This document shows positions 39,036-51,824 of a stretch of 64,000 nucleotides of DNA, piece by piece. The notes under the pieces are model-generated. The model worked only from the letters and a program-made list of their open reading frames with translations, was not told the origin of the DNA and did not search any database. Positions within the stretch are counted from its first letter, which is position 1. The number at the start of each line of letters is the position of its first letter. The DNA is taken from NCBI RefSeq assembly GCF_964204645.1, contig NC_134030.1, positions 14,756,110-14,820,109 on the forward strand, read 5' to 3'. The stretch comes from Tubulanus polymorphus (lineage: Eukaryota > Animalia > Nemertea). A program made the position numbers and the translations under genes.

Positions 39036-40037
39036 CCCTTACAATACCACATAGTGTCTCTGCTGCTGTACCGGAGGGAATTTAGGGGTTTATAGGGGTA
39101 TATTTGAAACTTCATAGAATAGTTACCAAGGTATCTGACACAGAAAATTTATATAGCATGTTGTTGTTAACTTTTGGGCCAACAATATAGACATAAATAA
39201 TTTGGATATAAGTGAACTTGAGGTCAAGGTCACATACTCCAAAATGGCCACCATGAAAAAAATTCACAAAAAAAGTTTCAGTTAAACTGCTCTGTCTCCC
39301 AGCAAAATGCACTGGTCTATTCAATTCCAACTGAAATTGTATGCCATATATCCTGACTTTATATACTAAAAATTTCAAAGCAATAGAACAACTAAAAAAT
39401 TTATTTTTCCACTCTTTTACCAACTTCTCCACCGATATGTCGGAAGGTCGGATATAAGGGGTTTCATTGTGGTATAATTTCAGGCCTCAGAAAATTGTTA
39501 CCTATGTATTTGACACTGATACATTGTATACCATGGTGCTGGTAACCATTGGGCTTACAAATAAGACGTATTATTTGGATTTATGTGACCTTAAGGATGG
39601 CTTGTTTCTTGTTCTTCATTATTGTTATTGGTGTCCGTTGCCATGACAAGCATATCAACAGGGTCTAAAAAATTGTCACTGATTTCATTTTCATCATCAA
39701 AATCATTGCCGGCACTATAAACCTATTTTCTGACTTAGTCTCATCATCTGAACTGCTGTTGTCATATTCGTTGTCAGTCTCAATTTGTTCACTACCAAAT
39801 TCCAAGTCACCAGCATCACTGTCAGCATCATATATGAGATGCTGAACCGTTTCATCCAGCCAAATTGTTTTTTCCTGGCGGTTGCCATCTTGGATTTTAT
39901 GCACATGGCAGCACCGGCTGATACTGATAGTTATGCCCTTCTATAAGAAGGGTTAAGTGATACCGTATCACATACAGTACGGGTATGCTAGCTTGCCAAT
40001 TTGTACCGTATGCCATACGGTAGTGGTATTGTAAGGG
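39036..40037 (-). mobile_element. Internally deleted piggyBac element
   Basis: TTAA-cccttacaataccac ... gtggtattgtaaggg-TTAA; acidic transposase N-terminal remnant at 39665-39906. Confidence 0.9.
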
Positions 40038-42525
40038 TTAAACAAAAATATATTTTGTAATTGGTTTTTTGACGCCTTATAAAACGTTACCATTATGAAA
40101 CCTAAACAATGCTAACCATTCAGCGTCATTTTACAAATGACAGCCGTAAATCGATGTGCAAAACGTCACAGGTTTATGTGTACACAAACAAGCTATCTGG
40201 CAAAATATTATTGACATAGATGTAGAATGGCTTCCTGTGATTATATAATGACCTATATTTGAACGTCGAAATGTTATATTGCATTGAATATCATTAGAAG
40301 ACGTATTGTAATAGTAAAGGATGTATGATTATATCAGAAGCGGCAGGCATAATTAGAAATGATAAGTAAATCGAATTATTCGGTTAAATGGCGGATGTAT
40401 ACACGATGCGGAAGTCTGATATAAAAGTCAGACCCTGACGTGGGCATGCCGGTGGAATGACGAAGCTATCTACGATGTGTGTAGGGCCGGCGTGAATTTC
40501 ATCAGCGGCTACAAGCAGTCAATATGAAAATGTGTAAACATATAATTTCAATATTCAATCGTTTGTGAAAATATGTTTGATATTAGGAGTATGCAAGTTT
40601 CGTGAGATTAGCAATTTATAATAGCATAGCTGTCATATACGGCTCCGTGTCCTCTGATGGCATGTGTATTAGGTGACAATTCAATTCCTTATTGATCCTT
40701 ATTACATTGAAATTCCGGGATAAAATTCCCAAATTCAATAAATACAAATTTTAAAATAAATTAATACAACATACATGACACAAGGGTAATTCATACAGAA
40801 CAACATAAGCATGTTATTTTAAATGACAATGTCTACTTCAACCCACCCAGACTCAAGACTCTAGGATATCGAGTGACAGCCAAACCCGTGGCCCGGGACC
40901 GGGCCGGCTGGCTAGGCCACACGATATGCTCGAAGTCATGATGAAGCAGACATCAGAAGAGCTCTTTCTTCATCCATGGAGGCAATGAAGTTGCAGACCA
41001 GCTTAGAGGCATAAGTAAATGAAGTCGGTCGCAAGTTCGCGATCAATTATTGAGAATTTTCAATAAAAAAATTTAAACCACTACTAGAGTCGAAGACCTG
41101 TATCATCTACCCAATCGCCAAATCTCATCATTCCCCAAATTTCTTAAAACTTCGATTTCAAATTTGCAATTCCACATTAGCTTAGCCCAGAAATTCTTTA
41201 TTTTTTTCCCAGGCATCAAATAATTTTCTAAAATTAATTTTCTTGTTTTTTATGGTGCGCAAAGTTGAAAGCCCTGGGTTTCATATTTTTTGAGAAATTT
41301 ACCAAAAAGTTTCTAAAATTCGATTTATTTGAGCACGTTTTTTTATAAAGAATCGTTAACTGTCCAAAATAACACATGTGAAATTTCGATGCTTGGTTCG
41401 GTAGTTATTGTCTTTCAAAGATGAAACCCCTCAAAATCTTGGTTCTATAAAATTTGTGTTGACCCAGTTTTGACTTCCAACCTGACGTCATTACATTGAA
41501 CGAGGAGGATCAGCTGGTGCGCGATATTGCACTAACAAAATGGCAGCACGATTGAATATGTCGATATTCATCATTTCTAGCGTGAATACTGATATTCAAG
41601 GTGTATGACATACCGATTTAATGTGTGCGATGTGTTCAATGATTCATCTAGTTTTGATATATCGTGCGTAAGGTAATGTTGCATCAAGATATCTGAGGAA
41701 AATGTGGTCTCAAAATGCGGAAATTTACTTCTGTGTTCGCCACACGGCTGATTCACTGATAGCATCGAATTTTTAGAGATGAGTCTGATATTTACACGAC
41801 TGGAATACCTGTTTTATCATCATTAATTGAAGTCATTTTATTAACGTTCGCATTAGCGATCCGTTTTGGAGCCTGATTATTTGTATTAGTTTGTTAAGTG
41901 GGGCACAGTGGAGCGTTTGCGTTGAAAACAGTCGTGTAATCTACATTACATTGAGTTCTATCATATTATAGCTTTATGACTGGCTGAGTGAATAAACCCG
42001 ATTGCGCAGCGGGCAACGTGCTGTTTTGACGTGCAGTAGTTTGCGTGATCCAAATTGCAAATTGATGTAGTTCGCGTGATTTTACATTCCTTTTTTTGGT
42101 TTGTTTTGTTTGGTATTGGCTTATGGACATTTTATTCATAGTTTTCAATAGTGTTGACCATACGGTCATATTAGATATGGATTGTCTTACAGCCCGGATT
42201 TTTATTGTAAGCAAGTAACTCAGGTATATAATAGTCACTAAATTGACAAGTTACTCGGGCATTTGCTCAGCCGAGCATAATTTAAGAAGGTATTTGCTCG
42301 GCCGAGTGAGTGGTTAAATTCGGCGGTCTACTCGGCCGAGTACACCGTATTATATAGCTCAGTAATTCTCAACATGGTAGATGTTATCACAACCCTCTAT
42401 TTACTAAACAGCTTAGCCGTGCAATATTATACACGGTTTTGAGTCAATCCAACGTCTCTCTATGTCTATCTGTCTTTCAGCTGCTGAGCTTCATTAATGG
42501 TTTTGTAATCTTACCCAAGCACGGA

Positions 42526-42787
42526 AATTCATTTCAAAGATTATGTCAATTGTATATTCAATGAAGGAGTTAGAAAACACAAGATGAAATGTTTAAGATC
42601 AGAAGATCATGAAATGTTTATTGAAGAGATAGAGAAGATAAGTTTGAATCCTTTCGATGGTAAAAGATATATTTTAGATGATGGAATTCATACAGTCGCT
42701 TATGGTTGCAATTTAGATGAATATCTAAAATTTAAAAGAGAAGAAACAAAAGAGAATGAGATTATGAAAAGGATTCTTACATGTTAA
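42526..42787 (+). pseudogene. Protein-primed DNA polymerase B, C-terminal fragment
   Basis: FKDYVNCIF...RSEDH...KISLNPFDGKRYILDDGIHTVAYG. Confidence 0.88.
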
Positions 42788-42816
42788 TCAAATTTCAATA
42801 AAACTATGTATAATAA

Positions 42817-43170
42817 ATGGAGAGTAAACAAGCACACAGTGAGAACAACAAATCATTCTTAAATAGAATAAAAGATACTACAAATGTAAAATCTGTAGAT
42901 TATAAATTTAGGAAGTTAACAGAATTAACAATTCATAAGAAATATTTAATTACAAATATTGATACAGTTACTAATAATTATGGAGATAAATTAGTTATTC
43001 ATTTAAAATATGAAGGGTTAAAAGGAAATAAATATAAATTCAGAACATATTTACCAGATAGATTTCATAGATTATCTAGTGAAGATCTAGAAGAATTATG
43101 TTCAGGTGATTTCTATTTCATATACAAAGGTAAGAATGAAAAGGGGCACCATGAAATAGATTTTGAATAA
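42817..43170 (+). CDS. Small protein, putative OB-fold ssDNA-binding protein
   Basis: KLTEL..KYLIT..TNNYGDKLVI..YLPDRF..FIYKGK pattern next to pPolB; the fold is inferred. Confidence 0.5.
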   Translation: MESKQAHSENNKSFLNRIKDTTNVKSVDYKFRKLTELTIHKKYLITNIDTVTNNYGDKLVIHLKYEGLKGNKYKFRTYLPDRFHRLSSEDLEELCSGDFYFIYKGKNEKGHHEIDFE

Positions 43171-43184
43171 AATACGTAAAATAA

Positions 43185-43943
43185 ATGGTAGAATTGAAAG
43201 AATATAGAATATATGTTGATTCTAGAAAACTGTTAAATTCTAAATTGCATAATTTACTAGTACAATTAGATAGAGAATTTACGAATTGCGTAGATTTGAA
43301 ATTAGTAAATGTAAGTTTATGTAATTCTTTTTATAATATAACGGATAAAACTATTGAGGATAATACTTTTTCAATTCATATTAGAAATATAAATAAATGG
43401 TTTCATCTAATTTTAAAACCAGGATTATATAATTTAGAAACATTAGCTCAAGAAATTAATCGAAGAGCACGGTTGAAAATTAGAAGAGATGATAAATTTG
43501 TAATTAGATTTATAAAAAGTGATAGCACAAATAAAGATAAAATAAAGGTATATGATGAAAGTCAAAATGCATTTATGGCAAAAAAACCATTAGCTAAATT
43601 GCTAGGAATTGCACCAGATACTGTTACAGGAAACATAGACGGTAATTCAAATATAATGCCTTTTACACACTTTGATATTTATTGCAATTTAATTGACCCT
43701 GTAAAAACTTTCGAAGCAACTAAAGATACAATTTGTAATTCTAGTATATTAAATATTATACCATTAAAAAATGTTAAACAATTTGGAACGCAAATAAATT
43801 ATAATTTAGCTGAGTGTGATTTCAAACCATGTATTCCAAAATTTAATAATTTTAAGTTAGAAATAAGAAATCATAATGGGTACTTAATTGATTTAAATAA
43901 TTTTCCTGTAATTTATGAATTATTTATAAGATGTAAAGAGTAA
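43185..43943 (+). CDS. Minor capsid (penton)-like protein
   Basis: IYVDSR, NSFYNI, PGLYN, LLG, DIYCNLI, ILNIIPL, FG..INY, LEIRNHNG.LIDLN pattern of Polinton/virophage minor capsids. Confidence 0.75.
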   Translation: MVELKEYRIYVDSRKLLNSKLHNLLVQLDREFTNCVDLKLVNVSLCNSFYNITDKTIEDNTFSIHIRNINKWFHLILKPGLYNLETLAQEINRRARLKIRRDDKFVIRFIKSDSTNKDKIKVYDESQNAFMAKKPLAKLLGIAPDTVTGNIDGNSNIMPFTHFDIYCNLIDPVKTFEATKDTICNSSILNIIPLKNVKQFGTQINYNLAECDFKPCIPKFNNFKLEIRNHNGYLIDLNNFPVIYELFIRCKE

Positions 43944-43962
43944 TTTTTTTTTATATATAAAT

Positions 43963-44319
43963 ATGAATATAACAGTAGGACCGAGTACATGTTTTGGATT
44001 TGATTTTAAATGTGAGAAAGAAATGAAATTTAACATTGATGATGTAATAACTCATATCAAAAATATAACATTTTTTAATGAATTAACATTTGAATATGAA
44101 ACAACAATAAATAAAGAAACTTCTAATGTAGAAAAGATAACCGATTTAATAAGAGAGTCTTTAGGATTTTATGAATTAGATGAAGATTTTATCATTGATG
44201 ATATTAGAAAATTAATAACTGAAATATATGATAATCATAAAAGTAGTAATGAAATAAATGTTGAAATAATTATAACTAAGTTAACTAAATATTTTGAAGA
44301 AGGTGATTTTTTTTATTAA
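43963..44319 (+). CDS. Hypothetical acidic viral protein (118 aa)
   Basis: Intact ORF packed between viral genes with the shared start motif. Confidence 0.55.
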   Translation: MNITVGPSTCFGFDFKCEKEMKFNIDDVITHIKNITFFNELTFEYETTINKETSNVEKITDLIRESLGFYELDEDFIIDDIRKLITEIYDNHKSSNEINVEIIITKLTKYFEEGDFFY

Positions 44320-44322
44320 TAA

Positions 44323-44534
44323 ATGAGTGATAATAAGTGGATAATAAATGGTTTATATAATGGAGGATTATTATCAGTTAGAACTGTTGGATATAGAATT
44401 GTATTAAAAAAGTATTTAGAATTTAGAATGATAGATTTGATATCATTGATATTTTAAAATTAACGTTAGCAGTTACTTTATCTAATTTAACAATTGATTA
44501 TTTAGAAAAATAAAAATGTATTCCTCCTATATAA
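44323..44534 (+). pseudogene. Small hydrophobic viral protein (frameshift and stop)
   Basis: MSDNKWIINGLYNGGLLSVRTVGY...DILKLTLAVTLSNLTIDYLEK...IPP. Confidence 0.55.
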
Positions 44535-44558
44535 ATGTGTAATTTTTTTACTAAATAA

Positions 44559-44984
44559 ATGGCATCTGCAATTATAACTATTATAGGGTCAGCAATTGTT
44601 AACGCCTTAGGATTTACTAGTGGTGGTTATTAATTTAAGCATATTGATAAAAATAGTTCAATAGCAGAACAAAGAAGACATAACTTAGCATTAGAAAAAT
44701 ATAATAAAGCTGCAGAAGAATATAGAGAATAGAGACAAAACTATATGGATTATATTAACAAAGAATTATATGATCAGAAAATTTCACATAGAGATTTTCA
44801 ATCAGTCGATGATGCAATGAGTTTATATAACACAGTAACAAATAAAGAAAAATTATATCTACATAAACATACAATATCAGATTATTATACCCCAAGTAAT
44901 GAACAGAAGAAATATGAAATAATTTGGATTTTAGGTAGAACAGTTATTGTATTATTTGTTGCTTATAAATTTACTAATAAGTAA
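44559..44984 (+). pseudogene. Maverick-type protein with N- and C-terminal hydrophobic segments and a coiled coil (two in-frame stops)
   Basis: MASAIITIIGSAIVNALGF..EQRRHNLALEKY..DYINKEL..DDAMSLY..SDYYTPSNEQKKYEIIWILG. Confidence 0.65.
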
Positions 44985-45000
44985 TTTCTTTTCTAAATAA

Positions 45001-45327
45001 ATGGATGATAAAGTTGATAATATTGATATTATTCCTCATGATATAAATAAAACTAAATTAAAATTATATTTGGAAAAACAAATATTAGAATTTGAAAGTG
45101 ACTTAAAGATAAAAAAGAAAAAATATTTAAAAAGTAAAATTATATATTATTTTATTATTAGTGGTTCAGTTACAATTAGTTCGGTGATAACATTTCTAGC
45201 AATATTTTCACCATTAACACCTTTAGCTATATCAATTGGTGTGTTAGGATTAAGTTCAAGTGTTTTAACCGGAATAAGTTCAAAATTAAATATAAAAAGT
45301 AATAAAGAAAAAATGATATATGATATA
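45001..45327 (+). pseudogene. Two-TM viral membrane protein, truncated at the fragment edge
   Basis: KKKYLKSK followed by two hydrophobic helices; base composition changes at about 45327. Confidence 0.55.
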
Positions 45328-45439
45328 CACTTTTCAACGTACAGCTAGTAGTACATACTTAACAGCCTTGTTGCACCCATCTGCCATCTATTTGATTAAA
45401 GCAGGGATAAAGTTTGAGCCGGCACACTGCAGGAGTTGA

Positions 45440-45625
45440 AAGTCGACGCCACAAGATGAACGCAAAATACAGTCCTCGTTTACTATCAGCTATGGATGGA
45501 AATTTAACCTTATAATCTTTACGAAATTTTTGCTTCCGCTTCTTCTTTTTCAATGTCGAACCAACGGTCTCGATGAAAGATTCATCGGCGGATTCTGAAT
45601 CAGTCATCGGCCAAGCGTCTGCCAT
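45440..45625 (-). pseudogene. hAT-like transposase N-terminal remnant
   Basis: KKKKRKQKFRKDYKVKFPSIADSKRGLYFAF resembles the start of a BED-type finger. Confidence 0.4.
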
Positions 45626-46616
45626 TTTGTTTTAACCGACTGACACTGATATTTCCCATTTCAATTCAATTCGAAAGTGAATACAGCTAATGTTAAACAA
45701 AGGCCAATTCATGTCACTTCTTTTCATTTCTTTTCATGCTTTTACCATAACAAATTTATTTAATTTTGTGTATATCATAGGAAGGAGACATGAGGAAGTT
45801 TTATAATGAAAGTTGTATTTTGAAAACATTTTCAACATCGCGACATTTGCGATGAAATTCGTATTTTCTTCAACCTTGTCAGAACGGCGTATTTTCATAG
45901 GCCAAATTGGAACAATTCCGCCAAAATTGGAACACTTTGCAGTTTTTGCTGTTATAAACGACTTTTGTGCTAGCCCAAATCTGGAAAATCAACGATAACA
46001 AATTTTAACGGTACTTCTTCGATGTCAGAATTTTCAGAAATTAGATATCCCCTAGTGAGTCAATGCAATCCTCAATAGAAAATCCTTTGGACTTACCTTT
46101 ACACTTTTGTTACTGATCTCGCAATTTTGGGAAGACTGAATACACATCACTCAGACCCGATGTCGCAAATATGCCAGCACTCCAAAAATCAGGAGAGTTA
46201 AGCATTTTTGGTCTCCTCGATCGAAGGTGCAGACAGTCCTGTCTGTGCCCAAGTGCTCTTGAAATGTGCGGCTTTGTGCTAGATTTCGGAACCACTATTT
46301 AGCTATACTACCACTCCTAAAAAGCCTTTTTTGGGCAAAATCAAAATATATAATGTTATTTTGTTTACATGAAAATGTATTTTTAATGGTGTGAATATTC
46401 AAAGATTAAACTTGTGAATATTCAAAGAATTGAGTAGCTCACTCAAAAAAGACTGCCTTCTATATCCCGTGCGACAATTGCCTCTAGTGACTATACCTAC
46501 GTGCCAGCTGTCCGAGATCCAATCACCTGACAGCAATTGGATGATATCATGTAGGAGGCAGACACTTAAATTGTACATTCTTTACTAATGAAAAATATGT
46601 GTACAAATTTATGTAG

Positions 46617-46797
46617 ACAAAGATCATCACCTCAATCTTGGCGTAAAAGGTCAATGAGAAAACGGTCGTCCTCATCATCATCATCATCATCCGGTCAGTT
46701 TAGATCATCAGATTGCAGATCTCGAAGGTCACAAACCTCCGGATCGGAGTCATGTAGAAGTGGCAGAGAACAAAAAGAGAGGAAATTACAAGGAGAG
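46617..46797 (+). CDS. PPIG: Cyclophilin G RS/Ser-rich exon
   Basis: tag/gtacgt; phase 2 start matches the previous exon; SR-rich. Confidence 0.75.
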
Positions 46798-48177
46798 GTA
46801 CGTTCTTGGATTTGGCGTACTTGCGACTAAAAATTTGGAATTTTCTTTTGTATGATTCAATAAAATTAACTTGTAGCATATCCAAAGCCATTCTGGAGGT
46901 AAAGAAGTCAGTGGTTTGGTGGATGTCATAAACGCTATACATAAACCTCAGGTATGAAACCCTACAAAGTTGTTACATTTCATTTGTATTTTTCATTTTT
47001 TAGCCATTATTTACCACTCTTCAGGTATATGTATTGAACGTAGAGCATTGATATTTTACGTGTGTCTGTTTATTAATCTTAAGTAATGATATCATCCAAG
47101 TTGGCTTACTGGTGGCCATCTGGTTTCCAAAAATACCAGGGCTTCCAATTATCCGCCAATTTAAAATCCACAATTTTTAAGTCAAAAGGTTTATAGCCAA
47201 GGTCTTCCAAGTCGGTATTTATTAATATCAAAAAAAGAAAATCATAGTTAGTATTTGTTTTTCTTTCTATGATATAAACAAAAAGTCTGTATAATTTTGT
47301 ATTTTTTGACATTTTGTGGATGAATGGATGGATTCTGACTTGTGAAATTGCGGTCAATCTAATACCGCGTCGCTAATACATTTGTTTATATAGCCGAGTG
47401 TATGCGAACATCATGACGGTACGGAGCCGCAATTTTCAGCGACCTTGGCTGTGAAGACGTGCACTTGCTCCCTGTCAATTATGCGTATGACGTCACAATG
47501 TTCTAGAAAACAAAACGGCTTTGTCGCGTGATCTGCCTCTTAAAATCTTAAAATTTAACGCTGATGTCTTAATAAATTTTATAAAAATGAAGTGAGTTCT
47601 TTAGATTTATAGCCAGATATTGTAAAAGTAATTGAATTTGATGTTTATTTAAAAAACTAATTAAAAACTTGGCCATTCATGTCTCAGGAATTATCATCTC
47701 TATGTTTGTTGATACGGGATGTGTTTGTTTGATGGAATATAATGCCTGGAAATGTGTAATCTGTACGCTATTCAGCTGAGCCACCGCGAAATGGAATCAA
47801 TTCAATTCAAATTTTAGTCAACTCATCTCAACAATAGACTCAGAAAGGAAAACTCAGATCTTAAATTCTGTTTAATGCGCAAAAATATGCTGATATGTAA
47901 TATGACCGAAAATCAAAATGAAAATTGAGCTAAGTAGGCTAAGAGTGGATCTATAGTGCCAAAATTGGGAGCTACCATTCTATATGTTGGGAGCCAGTTT
48001 TACCCACCCCTAGTTGAGAGGTTAGATGTCACATCTCAAGTTAGGCCTACCATGTGCAGCAAAGATTTACACACAGTTCAAAATATTCAATACTATTTGA
48101 GAAGTGACATTGAAATAAGTGACATTTTGGTTAGTTTGTTGGAATTTCTACTGATGGCTATCAGATCCTGACCCAGA

Positions 48178-48522
48178 TAGCTCATCCTCCCAAGCAGGAA
48201 TTCGAACCTGATGGCATCGTTACACTCAGGCACGTCATGAACCCCTGCCACACTAGACCGGGTGCGCAGGTACATGTGCAGCTTTGCCGCACGAAAACTT
48301 GTGGCACCAATCAGATTGCTTGTTGTATAATCGCTGAGGTAAATTTCACGGAAGAACTATCAATGGGAAAACCCGGGCTAAAATAAAATGGGATATCTGA
48401 TTGGCTAATAATTATCATCTAAGCTGCGCGTGCAGCTGCGCACTCGATCTATTGTGGCAGGGTTCGTACCATGGCAATCTCGATGGCATCAGGTTCGAAT
48501 CCCTGCCGTGGAGGATGGGGTA
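48178..48522. mobile_element. Fold-back element with about 105-bp inverted arms containing tRNA-like A/B boxes
   Basis: 48178-48284 is approximately the reverse complement of 48421-48522; ggttcgaatcc B box. Confidence 0.7.
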
Positions 48523-48632
48523 GCTTAGCGGTTCCACAAAAATATTGGATATTGAGAAAAAATCAGCCGCCTGCCCTATTGCCTTATTTTTGAATATGGT
48601 TGCTTCCCCATCTTAAATGTGTTGCGATGCCT

Positions 48633-49196
48633 ACAGATATACAGACAGATAGACAGACCATAAACATTGACATAAAGACAGATAGACAGACCATGAACAT
48701 TGATATTGAATTATCTGACAGTAGAGTGAGCAGGAGGGATTAAACCCGAACATAACAATGGTTTAGTACCATCGAATTGCCCAATTCCCATCCACTTCTC
48801 TACTGTCAGAAATACATATAGACATTCAGACAGATATAGACAGACCATAAACATTGACATACACACAAATAGACAGACCATAAACATTGATATACAGACA
48901 GATAGACAGACCATAAACATATATATTGAATTATCTGACAGTAGAGCAAGCGGGAGGGATTAAACCCGAACATAACTCTATGGTTTAGTACCATTGAATT
49001 GCCCAATTCCCATCCACTTCTCTAGTATCAGAAATACATATAGACATACAGACAGATATAGACAGACCATAAACATTGATATTGAATTATCTGACAGTAG
49101 AGCGAGAGGGAGGGATTAAACCCGAACATAACTCTATGGTTTAGTACCATAGAATTGCCCAATTCTCATCCACTTCTCTACTGTCAGAAATACATA
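48633..49196. repeat. Tandem repeat, 3 units with (ACAG)n-like sub-repeats
   Basis: tattgaattatctgacagtagag..ggattaaacccgaacataac..catccacttctcta x3. Confidence 0.9.
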
Positions 49197-49231
49197 TTTA
49201 AGATGTTTTCTAAACATTAATTCTATCATTT

Positions 49232-51824
49232 CAGATGACAGCCGTGTTGCCATGCTTACCACATTTCTGACAGATTCGTGAATTGTCTTTCACACATACT
49301 TCCGGATTACAATTGGTGCATCAATATGGTTTCGACTAGAATAAAGACCATGATAAATGAACATTAATTTTGTTCTGTGGACTTGATTACGGATGTTGCA
49401 GTACACACGAGCATCTTCATTCATGACGGCATGTTTACTTTCGAGACCTTGTTCACTAAATAATTCAAGGGATTCCTAGGTTTTCACGAAATCAGGGATG
49501 TGGTAGATAAGAATATGCATCTTAGGAGTTATAGTCGAATTGGGAAATGTTATGGGAAACCAATAACTGAATTTGTGACAAAGACTCTCGAGTTTCTCGA
49601 TTTCATCTTGTGACAAAAATCTGTGAGCCGTATATAAACGATAAATAACACTGAATTTTTCAAATAATGTAAGAAATTTTGCTTTGTCTGTTGGATGGTC
49701 ATTCAATGTACTAAGTAGTTGTAAGGGATTGTTAGTAATGTTGTCAATTTGCAATAACTTATGAATATGGTTCCCTATAAAACTGTTGGAGTGGTATGCT
49801 TGACGAGCAATGCCTATTTCATGACCTTGAAGTGCTTTGACTTGGCTATGGATTGCTTTTAAATTTGATCTCGCTGGAATCAAATGAATTTTAACTGCCT
49901 CTATGTCGAATTTCAAATTGTCCTGTATTTCGTTCTGAGTTTTCAAAATCGTATTGGCAGATACTTCCTTGCCAGCTGTGCACTGGTGGCAGTGAAACGC
50001 AGTTGGAAGACTACCTTGGTGAATTTCAATGCACTGCTCATGGTGAGGTGCATCACATTTTACACAGTAGGCATATAGATTCGGTCAAGGGTTGTCAATT
50101 ACACGAAAAATGCATATAGTTGCAGAACAGTTAGAAACAGTTAAGTGGGCTCGAACCATTTTTTTTGGCATTGATTAGCATCTTAGTGAATTTCAATGAT
50201 GATGTAAGATTCTCATTGAGATCCTTGAGATGTTCATCGAGCTGTCTCACTTTATTGGAGGCATCCTTCCATTTCTCATTGAGGAGGGGGTCCCGCTCAC
50301 CAAGCATTGCGTTGTCGAGCTCAATTGTTCCACAATTTCAAATATTTGCAGACCCACCTCAAGAGACACATGTAATGGTGGGGGAACTAGATACATAATG
50401 TCTAATGGTCGGAACAGCATGGGACCGTTAATGCTGTGACTGGTTGGTCCAGGTCTTTCATGCCGAGACGTACTCAGATCCTCTAGATAATTATTGATAT
50501 CCCGCTGAGGATATACCGTTATCAGTGCGGTTGCCCTTTCTTGTTTCGTAAGTCATCTTAAGGGTCAAAACACCAGAGAGAGGGGTATGATGCCGAACAT
50601 CATTGATGTCCCATCATGCTACACAGGTAGTGAATGTCCCCTATTAAGAAAATGCGCACAGAATATATTGTGTCATTGATTGTGATAGGCGTTACTTTTT
50701 CAAATTCGGTTCTACATCTACCGAAGAGAAATTCGAGATTTTCAATATCGTCAATGGCTTCAAAGTAGCCAAGAAGGTGGGAAGAATCGGGACTGTTTGG
50801 AGAGTTGCTGTTGATAATTGAAAATACCATTTTGGTACTTACCCCACCTTTATCAACACCAACTTTTATCCATATTTCTCTATGGAATTGGTCGAAAAGA
50901 TTAAGCTTATTCTTGTCACACAAAATCTGTACAGCTCTTTGAAAATAGTTCCTAATTTCATTCAGCACGACTTAAGGTGCAAGCTGTTTTTCATGTGTTC
51001 GACTGTTTACTTCCATGATCATTTCTCCAGCATGGAGGTATGGGACTAAGTCCTCACTTCAAGAAACTAATTCATTGCGTATTGACGCCACATATGGAAA
51101 AATAGGTTGATCCATTGATTCGAGAATTGATTTCATACGTAGCAATCTCTTTGTGGGAAGGCGAAGATGAAGTTTCAAGTCAATGGATTGGCTCGGAGAC
51201 AAAGATGTAGCCATAAAATGGGATTTAGCTAGAGTTGCGAAGAGTGATATTGCTTTAATAGTTGGCATAAAGTTGATGCAGCATCGTCAAGACATGGTTG
51301 ATCTTTAGTTGAAACATAATCCAAGATACATTTCAATTTTGATGCTCGGTCTTCTAGGGTACGGGCGCTAGTAGATGCTGAATCCATACTGGGAGTTTCA
51401 AGTTTCACGTATTTAGATGGTCTGACAGCGTTAATAGGCATAGCTGTAAAAACGTTTCAACTGATCCATCTAAAACTTGCAATAGATTTGCATTTAGAAA
51501 TGCCTGTAATTTTGTATTCAAATATTCAGAGTTAGATTTGACTAATGAATTTTCTGTTATTATCTTTGCTATGAATTCTTTTTGCTCCTTTGCTCCTTGT
51601 TCAAATCTTAACATACTGGATTTTAACTCCTTTATTTCGGTATCTTTATCAGTAACAAGTTTCTGTAACAGCTGCATGCGAGATCCATCTGAAGATAATG
51701 AGCAAATCGGAGTTGAAACATTTTGGTCAATCGGTAGAAAATGGGTTTCGGTATCGGTATTCTCATCAGAGGTTTCTTGGGTTTCCTCTAATGTCTCTTT
51801 TGATGAAAGACGTCCTAATAGCAA
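49232..51824 (-). pseudogene. Chapaev-like (CMC; Transib/RAG1-related) DDE transposase relic
   Basis: IKVGVDKGG.STK..N...PNS, IFLIGD...MMGH, PPPLHVSLG, FIGNH, ITPKMHILIYH, FSEQGLESKH; many stops and frameshifts. Confidence 0.7.

Larger units (their letters stand above)
42526..45327 (+). mobile_element. Polinton/Maverick-like virus fragment B
   Basis: Very AT-rich, intronless, tightly packed co-oriented genes from the pPolB C-terminus to membrane proteins. Confidence 0.88.

Noticed and set aside
42526-45327. Bacterial or phage contamination
   Set aside because: Sits within an intron of a phase-consistent host gene, shows pseudogenising lesions, and the genes are Polinton-type
48068-48080. 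CACAGT RSS-like left terminus of the Chapaev-like element
   Set aside because: Weak match to the candidate right end, no TSD and no nonamer
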